Shown: piece after piece, positions 26,760 through 39,784 of the stretch
How the letters are laid out: each line of letters begins with the position of its first letter
Numbering within the stretch: position 1 is the first letter of the stretch
Assembly: GCF_003704095.1 (NCBI RefSeq)
Contig: NW_020847220.1
Span: 1-64,000 of the forward strand
Source: Pocillopora damicornis
Taxonomy: Eukaryota
Direction: 5' to 3'
DNA: 64,000 bases
Notes under the pieces: generated by a model
Databases searched by the model: none
What the model saw: the letters and a program-made list of their open reading frames with translations, nothing else
What the model was told of the DNA's origin: nothing
Made by a program: the position numbers and the translations under genes

Positions 26760-27000
26760 AAACTTACCACTACCATGCAGACACAACCGAACCTTCACCA
26801 TGTTAGTTGATGTTATTTGGGTGATTCACGTGAAGCCGTCTTCGAAAAATTCTGTCATTTGATTGGTTTGCTTAATAAAAACTCGCTAGCGATTGGTCAC
26901 TGTGAATTTGAAAGCCAAGGCGCGAGTACAGCGCAGAATTGATTGTCAGCGGTCTTGATATGTAATTAAAAACACGGCGGACGAAATGAGGTTGGAAGTG
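26760..27000. promoter_or_regulatory. Bidirectional promoter TTK / POLG2
   Basis: Putative non-coding TTK exon donor near 26766; two ATTGG (CCAAT) boxes at ~26862 and ~26892; TTCGAA (26841) and TTTGAA (26907) CHR-like words; GGCGCG E2F-like site at ~26919. Confidence 0.55.
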
Positions 27001-27138
27001 GCTTAATTGTAGTTCAAATATGCTTCATATCTGATGGGATTTCTGTGTCACAACGTCTTTTGTGTAACATGGTAACATCGAATGAATTTAGAACTAGAAC
27101 TGTGGGATTGCATTTTGCCTTAAAGAGAAGGGATCTCA

Positions 27139-30100
27139 ATGTCTCGCAGCTTAGTCGAGAAGGTCATAAGGTTGTGCGAGAGTCGTGGATTTTCAGTGGA
27201 GTCGCGCATTGAAAGTGCGCCCACTAGTCATTACAGATACCAGTTTGGACCACTTGGTACGGAGCTGAGGCGTAACTTGAGAAATGCTTGGTGGTATGAT
27301 GTAGTTAGATCAAAGGGAAATGTTTATGGTTTTGAATCAGCGTGTGAACTAGGAACTGGTGGGTTAGGGGACAAAACTCATGTTACTAATAAGGAAGAAT
27401 CAACAGCTACGACTGAAGGAGAAAAGCCAAGGGGAGATGATTTTGATCCATTAAATAACAATTTTCTTCAATATATGACTCATTTACTTGGAATCATTCC
27501 TGGAATTGAAGTACCTTTTGGCACGGCGTGGAACAGAAAATACTTTGAAAGTCCAAATAATGATCATTATATTTTCAGGTATTTGAGTCTTAAATACTTA
27601 GAATGACTATGCTGTTTTGAGAGTCTGATTGATCTATAGTTAGATTTATCAAACTTTAAACCAAGTTTCTCTTTAAATTTGCCAAAATGCAGCTGAAACC
27701 AGCCACATGAATCTGATACACGAAGACAGTAACTAACTGACTAACCTGTCAGTTTCAATGGTTTAGAGTTACAACATTTGACAGAAAAACGACATTTTAT
27801 CCAAATCCAGTAATTGGCTAGTTTGAAAGTGATGAGCAGGTTCAAATTTGTGCCCTGAGAGTTTAATTTTTGACAATATTGGGTATATTGTTCAAATAAT
27901 TATAAGCTAATTTTTTGGTTTCTTCGTGGTGTATGCTTAAACAATTATTCACCTCAGTGTTGGTGAAAGTGGTGAATATTTACCTCCACTTTGGTGTTTC
28001 ATTGTTAATTAAAATGGCTGTTATATTTACACTGATGTTTAGCCCCCGAAAGATCCAGCATTTTGTTTTTTTTTTTCAGCACTTGTCATTACAAAGTTTG
28101 CTAATTAATAAATTTATGTAAATGTGTATATTTGTATACTCTTAACAAAAGATTTTCACCATAGATCACTAAACAGAAATTGTCTCTTTATTTACAGTTC
28201 TGATTTTAAAAATTTCTGTGATGTATTGATCTTTGAGAACAAAAAATAAAAACAGTTCACATGTCTTGTAAAGTGTACTAGTAGCCCTTGTTGTTATGAG
28301 AATTTGGCTTACTGTGGCTCCCTACAGGGGAGTCCATCTATCCCTGATTTATTAAATACTTAACTATTGAGTACCAAGGCAATAGGAGTAGGAGAGATGA
28401 GGAATGAGTTATGGTTGTTTGAATATTCTTGAGAAAAGAGATCATTAATACTATTAATATTATTCTTTATCAATACAGGTAATACCTCTCTCCTTCTAAA
28501 TGAAAGAACAGAATATCATTTTTCTTGGCACAGAATTACCTCTCTACACCCATAATGGAACAATTTGTAATGGTATTTCTTTCTATTGGTCTTTGTGCAG
28601 GTCTTTTGAGAGGGAGATCATGTCCCTTGAATTCTTTTGTGCTGAAAATAGAGTAAAAGATTGGACAAATCATTGGAAAAGACAGAGACTTGTGTGGTGG
28701 AGAAAATTTGCAAACATTCGGTCTAATTACAGTCTTAATGAAGAACAGATAGAACTAGAATCTGGCCCACACAGTAAAACCTTTATAAAGGTATCCAATC
28801 ATGCTCATTTGAGGTCACATTACTCTTTAAAACTGTGATGTTCACATTTTGCACTAATGTCTTGGACTAACAGTTCTGTTTGTGACAGAAACTTATGTGA
28901 TGTTTTCTTGCCATGTTCCAATGTCGGAAAAAGGGTGTGATAAAGATAATGATTTTGATGAAAATTTATATTTTACTTTTGTTGTAATAATTGCATGTAA
29001 CATGGTCAAGAAAAGCGAAAAGTTATTGATAAGGATGTCTGTCAAGTAGAATCAAAATATACACAGGAAATGAAATGGTCATGAGTGCATAAAATGATTT
29101 AAGGGACAGTCAGGTGATGTTTTAAAGTTTTTACTGTTGCATGAGCTACAAGCAAGTGAAATTTGGAAAATTTAAGAAGTTTTTGGGAGGCTGTATGTTA
29201 CAAAGTGCACAAGCAGCTTAACAACCTACCTATCTTACACTGCCTTGGACATCCTGTAAGGCCAAATTAATCAGAACATTTGCAGATTATAGGGCTTTTT
29301 AAAGGTTGAATGGTTGAAGTGCAAATGGTTGTGTATTTTTATTATTTCACGAGTGTCACTTACTACTCTCTTTTCTTCCAGTATATGTTTCCATGGGGCC
29401 AAGAATCAGTTGACTCTATTACTGTAAGATCAGACCTACACAAGTGCATAGGAACAGATGAGTTCAGAGGACTACCATTCAACAAGAAATCAATACCTCA
29501 TGTAATACAGGTCAAAACTGATCTTAATAGAGGTAAATTTTTGTTTGTAACAGTCCTTGGTTTGCAATACTTCTGTTACCCTTTTCTTGTTTTTGGCTTC
29601 TGTTAGTCTCTCTTGAGTTCTTTTGCATTCCCACCCTTCCCCCAAAAAAGAAAAAAAAAATATATATATATATATATGTTATTATATAATAATAATGATG
29701 ATGATGTGAGTAGACCAAGGGCTGTCCCTCCACCACAATTGCCTTTGTGGATCCTAGATGGTAACCCTAAAACTTGCATAACATTTTTGTTCAGGAAGGA
29801 AGATCCACTCTGCAAGCAAGATCAAACACAAGTAGTGTTCTTGCTAATTGTATCTGTCGTTTGTCATGTATGTGTATCAAACATTTCTATTCAGGAGAAT
29901 GGATTTCATAATTTCATATTGTTGCACCATAATTTTTTCAATTTTAAGGATTTCTTGCTTCTCTGGTGGATGCATACTCAGAAAAGGAGAGATCTGATTC
30001 CAGTGGCAAAGTTAGTCTCTGCACAGTTCTTCATTTGCATCCTCAGTTGGCCCCTATCAAAGTTGCTGTTCTTTCCCAATACCCTCAACATAATGAGCTC

Positions 30101-30885
30101 TGTGAAATAGCTCAGCAGTTGTCATCAGAGCTTCGAGAGGCGGGTGAGTTAAAAATTGTACCACAGTCGAACCTGTATTAAGCTGTCAGTTGTCAAAGTC
30201 CCGAATTTGTTTCCGCCTAGTCACCATAGTTTTTTCATCTCTTAAACAGTTACCTCTATTAAGCGGTCTTGGTCCCTTTTATCGTCCTCCACCTGAATCT
30301 GAAGTTAAACAAACAGTTTATTTCGGATTAGTTACGTCACAAATAGACGCGCAAAGAAGTTAATTTCCTAGTCGAGAATTTGTTTGACTTGCATTGCGAC
30401 TGGATTTCGTAAAACCAAGAGTGAATTAATCTCCAGACAATCAGACTTCCCAAGGCGCGGAATAACTCTTGTGACCAAGTATCTATTGATTTTAATTCAA
30501 CATCTGTGTAAGAAGGAAGAACATTTCTCGACCACTTACAAAGCGAATTGGAGCAAAGCCAATACGATCCCCGATAACTTTCGGGCCTGTTCCAACTCCA
30601 ACTCGAAAAGTGCTCTATAAATGACATTGCTAAATAGGAGAATAGTAACCCAATGGTTTTTCTTCATTTAAAGGTATTACCACACAATGTTCCCTTCACT
30701 CCAATGCAGATGAGTGTTATGCATATCAGGATGAGATTGGGACCCCATACTGTATAACAATACTTGATACCATACTCGCAAATGGCGTTGTGGCGTTCAG
30801 AAGTAGAAACACCACTCTTCAGGAGTACGTACACATATCGGAGGCATTACTCACTGTTAAATCACACCTTGGATTGAATGAATAA
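27139..30885 (+). CDS. POLG2: Mitochondrial DNA polymerase gamma accessory subunit. Exons 27139-27578, 28601-28790, 29382-29532, 29949-30143, 30674-30885; 395 aa
   Basis: GlyRS-like fold motifs FGPLGTELRRNL..WW, WKRQRLVWWRKF, YMFPWGQE, LHLHPQLAPIKVAV, DEIGTPYCIT, RSRNTTLQE; spliced length 1188 nt stays in frame. Confidence 0.92.
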
Positions 30886-31929
30886 ATAAATAAATAGAAC
30901 CATCACGCGTTACTGTGTCAATTTGCTTGACTTAGTCGTAATTAACTCTGTTGCCTTTTTTGAGGTTACCTCAATGTTCCTAAATTTAGCGGGTACTTGA
31001 TATTCCTAAACTGTCATAAATCCCGGTGAACGTGGAATTCTTGAATGATAGAAATGTAGTATGGAAATGGACTTATTGTCGACAGAAGAAAAAATTAGAG
31101 GCGCCGATCTGCATGGCCTGTAAAGCCGAATTATACCGTAAAGCCTTGTAAGAAACAACGAACTGTTTGTTTGCGTTTACACGAACCGTTTAACTGTGGA
31201 GTTAAGAATTCTGAATATGATTTTCTTCACCAATGGTTAGGAGGTAGGGCTGACTTTCCCTTCAGAAGGATGGGTTGTCGGGCAGAGTGTGTAATTTCCG
31301 CATCGCTTACTTGTGTGGTTCGGTTTATTTTCCACAGACCCTTAATTTTTACGTAAATGGTTTGATAAAAGACTGGTTGTTTTTTCTTCTCGGATGGGTG
31401 TACTGTAGAAGGTTTTCCTGAAGAATGGGGGTCATTTTTGTGCAATCTTGCGCATGGGGAGGCATCCCATTTGGTCCCATTTGACACATAGACGTAACAT
31501 TTATACGGCAATTATTTTTCCGATCGCAAAATCTCGCAAAGGCGCGCTCTAGAATAAACCCAGACGAAGCGGGGGTCACGCGCGATGGGGTAATGAAAAT
31601 GCGTGCCTTTCTCGCGCTTGAATCACTTTCCTCGAAGGCGCCTCGATCCTCGAAAACACGAAAAACGATGGCTATTCTGCAGAAATGGTGGTCATTGATT
31701 TCTTGTCTGAGGCTGGTGTCTCAGTTTTTTCTTTCCCTTATTTTGTAGCTTTTCTTTAATAACTCGCGAGCGCGCGACGCATTCTTTAGCGAATTCAAGG
31801 TATATGCTGCATGGTAGAACGACGTATAGTCACTTTGTAAAATTTCTTCAGGTAGGCCATATTGTTGTGTCAATTTGTGGAACTGTTATGTAAGACGTAT
31901 CACTGTCAACTGGTACAATAGGTACATCC

Positions 31930-32421
31930 ATCTACACTGTCTACAGTGGATACAACTATCTAAACTGTCTACAGAAGGTACAACTATCTACACTGTCTAC
32001 AGTAGGTACAACTATCTACACTGTCTACAGTAGGTACAACTATCTTAACTGTCTACTGTAGCTACAACTTTCTACACTGTCTTCAGTAGGTACAGCTATC
32101 TACACTGTCTACAGTAGGTACAGCTATCTACACTGTCTACAGTAGGTACAGTTTTCTACACTATGTACAGTAGATACAACTATCTACACTGTCTACAGAA
32201 GGTACAACTATCTACACTGTCTTCAGTAGGTACAGCTATCTACACTGTCTACAGTAGGTAGAGCTATCTACACTGTGTACAATAGGTACAATTATCTACA
32301 CTGTCTACAGCAGGTACAACTATCTACACTGTCAACAGTAGGTACAACTATCTACACTGTCTACAATAAGTACAGTAGAATACAATAGCTACAACTATAT
32401 ACGCTGCCTACAGTAGGTACA
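31930..32421 (+). repeat. 28-bp minisatellite CAACTATCTACACTGTCTACAGTAGGTA
   Basis: Direct tandem array with period 28; internal palindrome ACTGT-CT-ACAGT. Confidence 0.95.
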
Positions 32422-33421
32422 GGTGTAGGTATAGGCCCCCAAGCCAGATTGAGAATAACTCCTATAGCGTGATTCGAACCCGCGACCTCGATGACCTCTC
32501 TTGCACTCGTTGCGCGCCTACGATTGCCGCTCGACCATCTCGAAACTACATGTTTAATAAGTATGAATTGTCGGTGTAGTGAGTTTTGAAATACCAGGTT
32601 GGGGCGGAGGGTGAGGAACTTTGTGTTACTGAGAGTGCAATCAAGCGTTTCCGGTCGAGAATAAAGGAAGTAAGTCAAACAAAGAACTGACAAAAGCGAT
32701 CTACACGAGGAATATTAGCATATGTTGTAATGGCGGACGGCTTCGTTCGCTGAAGCTCTTGAATATGATTCCTCTTGCTGCGCTTAAAAATCACGTAATC
32801 ATGTAGGCGAATAAGCGCACTTAACGTATTTTAATCCATGGACCAGGTTAAAAGGTACGATGGTCTTTAGCTCTTTATCGAGAACACTGTCCTATATTTT
32901 CTATTGCATACTTTTTGTGTACAAATTACCCCTTTTAGGTTGGGGAATCTTATCTGGCCTTTTTTTTCTCCTATGAATCCCTCAATAAAGAAGATAGTAC
33001 AACCCTTATATGACAACAAAATTTGCATTATCATTAAAAAGCTCCTTCAGTTTATGCAAGGATGAAGAGGCGTTCGAGATTTTAACTGAATAAATCTGCA
33101 ATTTACTGAACTGATGGCTTAAGAGTACCATTATTTATAAAAAAACATCTCGATCCGTATCAGAGAGTGTTGCCGTACAGAAGCAGAGAGAGGAAGTGGT
33201 CGGTAGACTTCACATTTTTCTCGCAGATTATTTATGACCAAAAATTTCCTTCCAAATTTCCAAATTTCCTTTGTAAAAGTAACCGAGATACTTATGTATT
33301 TAACCATCTTCCATTTTAAGAAAAACATAAAAAGTTTTTTTTTTGATCGTAAAAGATACTCCCGGAAAAAATTGAGAGAAAATAGCAAACTAGAAAATAG
33401 CGGCATTGTTGTGTGATCTTT

Positions 33422-34320
33422 GCTAGACAGTGTAGATAGTTGTACCTATTGTAGACAGTGTAGATAGTTGTACCTATTGTAGACAATGGAGATAGTAATA
33501 CCTACTGTACACGGTGTAAACAGTTGTACCTACTGTAGACAGTGTAGAGAGTTGTACCTACTGTACACAGTTTAGAAAGCTGTACCTACTGTAGACAGTG
33601 TAGAGAGTTGTACCTATTGTACGCGGTGTAGGTAGTTGTACTTACTGTAGTTGTACTTATTGTTGACGGTGTAGATAGCTGTACCTACTGTAGACAATGT
33701 AGATAGTTGTACCAACTGTAGACAGTGTAGATAGTTGTACCTACTGTTGACGGTGTAGATAGTAGTACCTGTTGTGACAGTGTAGGTAATTGTACCTACT
33801 GTAGACAGTATAGATAGTTATACCCGCTGTAGACAGTTTAGATAGTTGTGCCTACTGTAGACAGTGTACGTAGTTGTACCTACTGTAGACAGTGTAGATA
33901 GTTGTACCTATTTTAGAAAGTGTAGATAGTTGTATCTACTGTAGACAGTGTGGATAGTTGTACCTACTGTAGACAGTGTAGATAGCTGTACCCGCTGTAG
34001 ACAGTGTGTACCTACTTTACACAGTACAGATAGTTATACCTACTGTACACAGGGTAGATAGTTGTACTTACAATAGACAGGGTAGAGGGTTGTACCTACT
34101 GCATACAATGCAGATAAAAGTACCTACTGTAGTTAGTCTAGACAGCTGTACTTACTGCAGGTAGTGTAGATAGTAGTACCTACTATAGACACTGTAGACA
34201 GTGTGGATAGGTGTACTTACTGTAGACAGTGTAGACAGTTGTACCTACAGTAGACAGTGTAGATAGTTGTATCTACTGTAGACAGTGTAGATAGTTTTAC
34301 CTACTGCAAATGGTGTAGAT
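33422..34320 (-). repeat. Same 28-bp minisatellite, inverted, followed by an internal copy of the terminal sequence (to ~34410)
   Basis: TAGACAGTGTAGATAGTTGTACCTACTG repeats; 34320-34410 matches 44535-44615. Confidence 0.95.
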
Positions 34321-34403
34321 GGATGTACCTACTGTTCTAGTTAACACAGTGATATGTCTTGCATAACAGTTCCACAAAGTGACACAACAGTATAGCCTAC
34401 TGA

Positions 34404-34698
34404 AGAAATGTAAAATGGTTTCCGTGTTTACACAGCCTGGTGTAAACACGCGGGAGGTTGAGAGAACACGAGATAAGCGTAGGAAACCACGACGCGAAGC
34501 GGAGTGGTTTCCAGCTTATCGAGTGTTCTCCCAACCTCCCAAGTGTTTACATCAAGCTATGTAAACACGGAAACCATTTTACATTTCTTTTATAAAATAA
34601 CTAATGAAAGAGGAACGAAAGCCGTGTTTACATACGCTCATGTAAAATGGTTTTATGGCCAATGAGAGCGCGCGTACTATTTGAATCATTTTATAAAT
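34404..34698. mobile_element. Hairpin (palindromic) non-autonomous element
   Basis: ~90-bp imperfect arms 34404-34588 (agaaatgtaaaatggtttccgtgtttaca...tgtaaacacggaaaccattttacatttct) around a GCGAAGC centre, plus a unique 3' tail. Confidence 0.75.
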
Positions 34699-34699
34699 T

Positions 34700-35280
34700 G
34701 TGTTCTTAAATGACCTTGATATTAAGCTAGGTTCCACTCCCGCATGCCACTCTTAAGTTATTAGTTGTGACCTGCTAGAATGACTGTAAATGTTTTGCAC
34801 ACATAAAAGCTAAACTGTGCAAGGCCAACAATTGTCTAAACGTGCTGAGAGCATTTAGAAAAGAACGCTACAGCCAAACAGAAATTGATTATCTCTTCTA
34901 TAGACAGATGCTATAAGTTGCGCTTTACATCTACGCAGATAAATATTAGATCATTACTGAAAAAACAAGATAAAGCGATTCTTAAAATAGTTAAGCAGCG
35001 TGATAACCACCGTCTGAAGGTTTGCTTACCGCAGGAAAAGAACAACCTCAGACGTAAAAGCTGCCAATGGCCTAAGATAAACCCTGAACGTTATAAGAAC
35101 ACATTTGTAAATAGATTAATTTTTAAACACAACCTTTTATGATATTTCATGCCAGATATATTGTATCTAGTTTGATGTTTTTATTCTTTTATTCTATCGT
35201 AATTTTTGGCTGAACCTTGAATCTTTTTATCCTGTAACATTAGATATATATTTTTATCTAATGTTCAATAAAGACACTTA
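34700..35280 (+). pseudogene. 5'-truncated non-LTR retrotransposon (CR1/L2-group-like) ORF2 C-terminal relic
   Basis: Frameshifted translation HIKAKLCKANNCLNVLRAFRKERYSQTEIDYLF / DRCYK...NLRRK...PKINPERYKNTFVNRLIFK resembles the post-RT C-terminus of CR1-group LINEs; T-rich 3'UTR and AATAAA follow. Confidence 0.65.
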
Positions 35281-35740
35281 GAAACCTAGACCTATAGAAA
35301 ATATAGGTCAGTGTTCTCAATCAAGAGCTGAAGACCATCGTACCTTTTAACCTGGTCCATGGATTAAAATACATTAAGCGCGCTTATTCGCCTTTATGAC
35401 TACGTGATTTTTATGCGCAGTAAAAGATGTGCAATACATTACTGAGGAGTCATATTCAAGAGCTTCAGCAAACGAAGCCGTCCGCCATTACAACATATGC
35501 TAATATTCCTCGTGTAGATCGCTTTTATCAGTTCTTTGTTCGACTTGTTTCCTTTATTCTTGATCGGAAACGCTTGATTGCACTCTCAGTAAGACAAAGT
35601 TCCTCACCCTCCCCCCCAACCTGGTATTTCAAAACTCACTACACTGACAATTCATACATAATAAGTATGTAGTTTCGAGATGGTCAAGCGGCAATCGTAG
35701 GCGCGCAACGAGTGCAAGAGAGGTCATCGAGGTCGCGGGT

Positions 35741-35840
35741 NNNNNNNNNNNNNNNNNNNNNNNNNNNNNNNNNNNNNNNNNNNNNNNNNNNNNNNNNNNN
35801 NNNNNNNNNNNNNNNNNNNNNNNNNNNNNNNNNNNNNNNN
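35741..35840. other. Assembly gap (100 N)
   Basis: Run of N. Confidence 1.
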
Positions 35841-36132
35841 ACAACAGGTACAACTATCTAAAATGTCTACTGTAGGTACAGCTGTCTACACTGCCTACAG
35901 TAGGTACAACTATCTACACTGTCTGCAGTAGGTACAACTATCTACACAGTCCACGGTGGGTACAACTATCTACACAGTCTACAGTAGGTACAACTATCTA
36001 CACTGTCAACAGTAGATACATCTATCTACACAGTCTACAATAGGTACAGCTATCTACACTGTGTACAACAGGTACAACTATCTACACTTTCTACAGTAGG
36101 AACAGCTATCTACACTGTCTACAATAGGTACA
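35841..36132 (+). repeat. 28-bp minisatellite array
   Basis: Same unit as 31930-32421. Confidence 0.95.
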
Positions 36133-38452
36133 AGGAAAAAGAGTAAAATAAGATATAAATCATGATAATAAGGAGAAAAAACAGCAAAAACAAAATGCAA
36201 ATTCCGCGGGGAGGAGTTCCTCGGCCCCCAAGCCAGTTTGAGAGTAACTCCTTGTCCGCCAGCTCCAAATCATACTCGGGGAGAAGTTATTCGGCCCCCA
36301 AGCCATATTGAGAATAACTCCTATAGCGTGATTCGAACCCGCGACCTCGATGACCTCTCATGCATAAATTGTCGGTGTATTGAGTTTTAAAATACCAGGT
36401 TGGGGGGGAGGGTGAGGAGCTTTGTGTTACTGACAGTGCAATCGAGCGTTTCCGGTCAAGAATAAAGGAAAGGAATCTAACAAAGAACTGACAAAAGTGA
36501 TCTACACAAGGAATATTAGCATGTTGTAATGGCGGACGGCTTAGTTTGCTGAAGCTCGTTAATGTGATTCCTCAGTATTACATCGCACATCTTTTACTGC
36601 GCATAAAAATCACGTAAGTATATGGGCGAATAAGCGCGCTTAATGTTTTTTTATCCATGGATCAGGTTAAAAAGTACGATGGTCTTTAGCTCTAGATTGA
36701 GAACACTAACCTATATTTTCTGTTGTATAATTTTGGTGTACAAATTATCCTTTTTAGATTGGAGAATCTTATCTGGCCTTTCAGTTTTGGCTCCTATGAA
36801 TCCCTCAATAAAGAAGATTGCAGTCCTTTTATAATAACAAAATTTGCATTATCACTAAAAAGCTCTTTCAGTTTATGCAAGGATGAAAAGGCGTTCGAGA
36901 CTTAAACTGAATAAATCTGCAACGTACTAAACTGATGACGTAAGGGTACCATGGTCTATAAAAACACGGGTCGATTCGTATCAGAAAGTTATGCCGCACA
37001 GAAACAATGAGAGGAAGCTGTCGGTAGACTTCACATTTTTCTCGCAGATTATTTCTGACCAATAATACAAATTTTCTTCGTAAAAGTAACCGATGTACTT
37101 ATGCATTTAACCATCTTCCATTTAAAAGCGGGATTGACGCAAGCGTAGTCAGCATATTTATCCCTGACACTTCTCATTGTAGTCCGAAATTTATTTACGA
37201 AATCATTGTCTGAGAGAAAGGAGGTGTAAAGTTTCCAATAACCTGGACCACAAGTAAGAAGAGGGTACTTTTGCCCAAACCTCCTCCCCTCAGTCTAACG
37301 ACCAACAGGAAGGCCTGAAGGGTGTCAGGAGCCATAGACGGCGATAGGGAACTTAACTACTTGATTTAGTTTACAAACACACTCAGTAATCAAGGTGAGC
37401 TACTAGAACCAGTTTTAACTGATGCTAACTAAAAACTTTACTTGACCTGAACAAACACTATCAGCATATCAAACAAAAGCAACGTTTCAAGGGTCAAGAA
37501 CGACATTTTTCCTTTAATTCCATGTTTTGAATCTTGCCTCTAGTCAAAAGATGGTATTGGAGTTATTTATCACTGAAACTTCTCGTTGTCGTCCGAAATT
37601 TTTTTTACGAAATCATCATCTGAGAAAAAGGAGGTGTAAAGTTTCAAATAACTTGGACCACAAGAGGTAAAAAAAATACATAAAACGGTTAAGGAATGAA
37701 AACTATTTCTATTTCAAGGAAAAAGAGTCTTTGCTGGCGACTTCTGAACAACAGAATATATCACAGGATTCAGAATATAACTAACAATTAACAGAATGAC
37801 GCGAAAAAAAAAACTGCTCTGAAAGAAAAATAAGGGAAAAGGAAAAAAGAAGATAAAAAGGATGATAATAAGGGGAAAAAGAAGAAAAAGCAGCAAGAAC
37901 AAAATGCAAATTCCGCGGGGAGGAGTTCTTCGGCCCCCAAGCCAGTTTGAGAGTTACTCCTTGTCCGCCAGCTACAAATCAAATGCATTTCAACGGTCGA
38001 TCAGCAGCATGTACGCAGCAACACACGTTTATAAAGAGCGGAAACTGTGAATTTCTTTGAGGGCCGGTTTACCATCGGAAACTACATCCCAACGTCAGAG
38101 TTCGGCACGTAGACATACTTAGAAAACGTTTACCTCCTTCTAACTTGTATTGCCTATCGAAGGATGATGAGCTTGAAATGGATAATACGATTAAAAGGAT
38201 GAAAAGAGGTAAAAAAAAGAGGTAAAACGGTTAAAGAAAAACAAATCCATTTCTATTTCAAGGAAAAGGAGTCTTTGCCTGCGACTTCTGAGCAACAGAA
38301 AACACTACAGGATTCAGAATATAACTAACAATAAAAAAAAGTGGCCTAAAAAAAAAAAAAACCGCTCGAAAAAAAAATAAGGAAAAAAGAAGATAATAAT
38401 GTTGATAATAAGGAGAAAAAAAAGAAAAAACAGCAAAAACAAAATGCAAATT

Positions 38453-38657
38453 CCGCGGGGAGGAGTTACTCGGCCCCCAAGCCAGTTTGAGAGTAACTCC
38501 TTGTCCGCCAGCTCCAAATCATACTCGGGGAGAAGTTATTCGGCCCCCAAGCCAGATTGAGAATAACTCCTATAGTGTGATTCGAACCCGCGACCTCGAT
38601 GACCTCTCATGCACTCGTTGCGCGCCTACGATTGCCGCTCGACCATCTCGAAACTAC
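38453..38657 (-). ncRNA. Putative Pol III unit: tRNA-like head plus two pseudoknot-like hairpin repeats (full copy)
   Basis: Minus strand: A-box TGGTCGAGCGG, B-box GGTTCGAATC, two GGAGT..TC-[GGC-TTGGGG-GCC]-GA..AACTYC-TCCCC units, then T-runs. Confidence 0.5.
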
Positions 38658-39579
38658 ATATTATATTAGCATAAATTGTCGGTGTAGTGAGTTTTCAAAT
38701 ACCAGGCTGGGGGGGAGGGTGAGGAGCTTTGTGTTACTGACAGTGCAATCAAGCGTTTCCGGTCAAGAATAAAGGAAATGAATCAAACAAAGAACTGACA
38801 AAAGCGATCTACACGAGGAATATTAGCATATGTTGTAATGGCGGACGGCTTCGTTTGCTGAAGCTCGTTAATGTGATTCCTCAGTATTGCATCGTACATC
38901 GTTTTCTCCGCATAAAAATCACGTGGTCATATAGGCGAATAACCACGCTTATTGTATTGTAATCCACGGACCAGGTAAAAAGGCTCGATGGTCTTTAGCT
39001 CTTGATTGAGAACACTAAGTTATATTTTCTATTACATAATTTTGGTGTACAAATTATCTCTTTTAGATTGGGGAGTCTATTTTGTCTTTTTGGCTCCTAT
39101 GAATCCCTCAATAAAGAAGAAAGTAGTCCTCTTTCGAGAACGAAATTTGCATTATCACCAAAAAGCTCTTTCAGTTCATGCTATCCTTGTATGAACTGAA
39201 AGAGCTTTTTGGTGATAATGCAAATTATCGACATCTTCACGTCAGAGTTCGGCACGTAGACATACTGAGAAAACGTTTACCTCCTTCTAACTTGCATTGC
39301 CTATCGAAGGATGACGAGCTTGAAATGGATAATACATAAGAAACGTCAAAGGAAGAAAAGAGGTAAAAAAATACATAAAACGGTTAAAGAAAGGAAAAAA
39401 CCATTTCTATTTTAAGGAAAAAAGTCTTTGCCGGCGACGTCTGAGCAACAGAAAACACTACAGGATTCAGAATATAACTAACAATTAACAAAGTGGCCCG
39501 AAAAAGAAGGGAAAAGAAGACAAAAATGATGATAATAAGGAGAAAAAGTAAAAATAACAGGAAGAATAAAATGCAAATT

Positions 39580-39784
39580 CCGCGGGGAGGAGTTACTCGG
39601 CCCCCAAGCCAGCTTGAGAGTAACTCCTTGTCCGCTAGCTCCAAATCATACTCGGGGAGAAGTTATTCGGCCCCCAAGCCAGATTGAGAATAACTCCTAT
39701 AGCGTGATTCGAACCCGCGACCTCGATGACCTCTCATGCACTCATTGCGCGCCTACGATTGCCGCTCGACCATCTCGAAACTAC
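39580..39784 (-). ncRNA. Putative Pol III unit (full copy)
   Basis: Near-identical to 38453-38657. Confidence 0.5.

Noticed and set aside
31930-34320. 28-bp repeats as a CRISPR array
   Set aside because: Units are contiguous with no unique spacers, there are no cas genes, and the context is eukaryotic.
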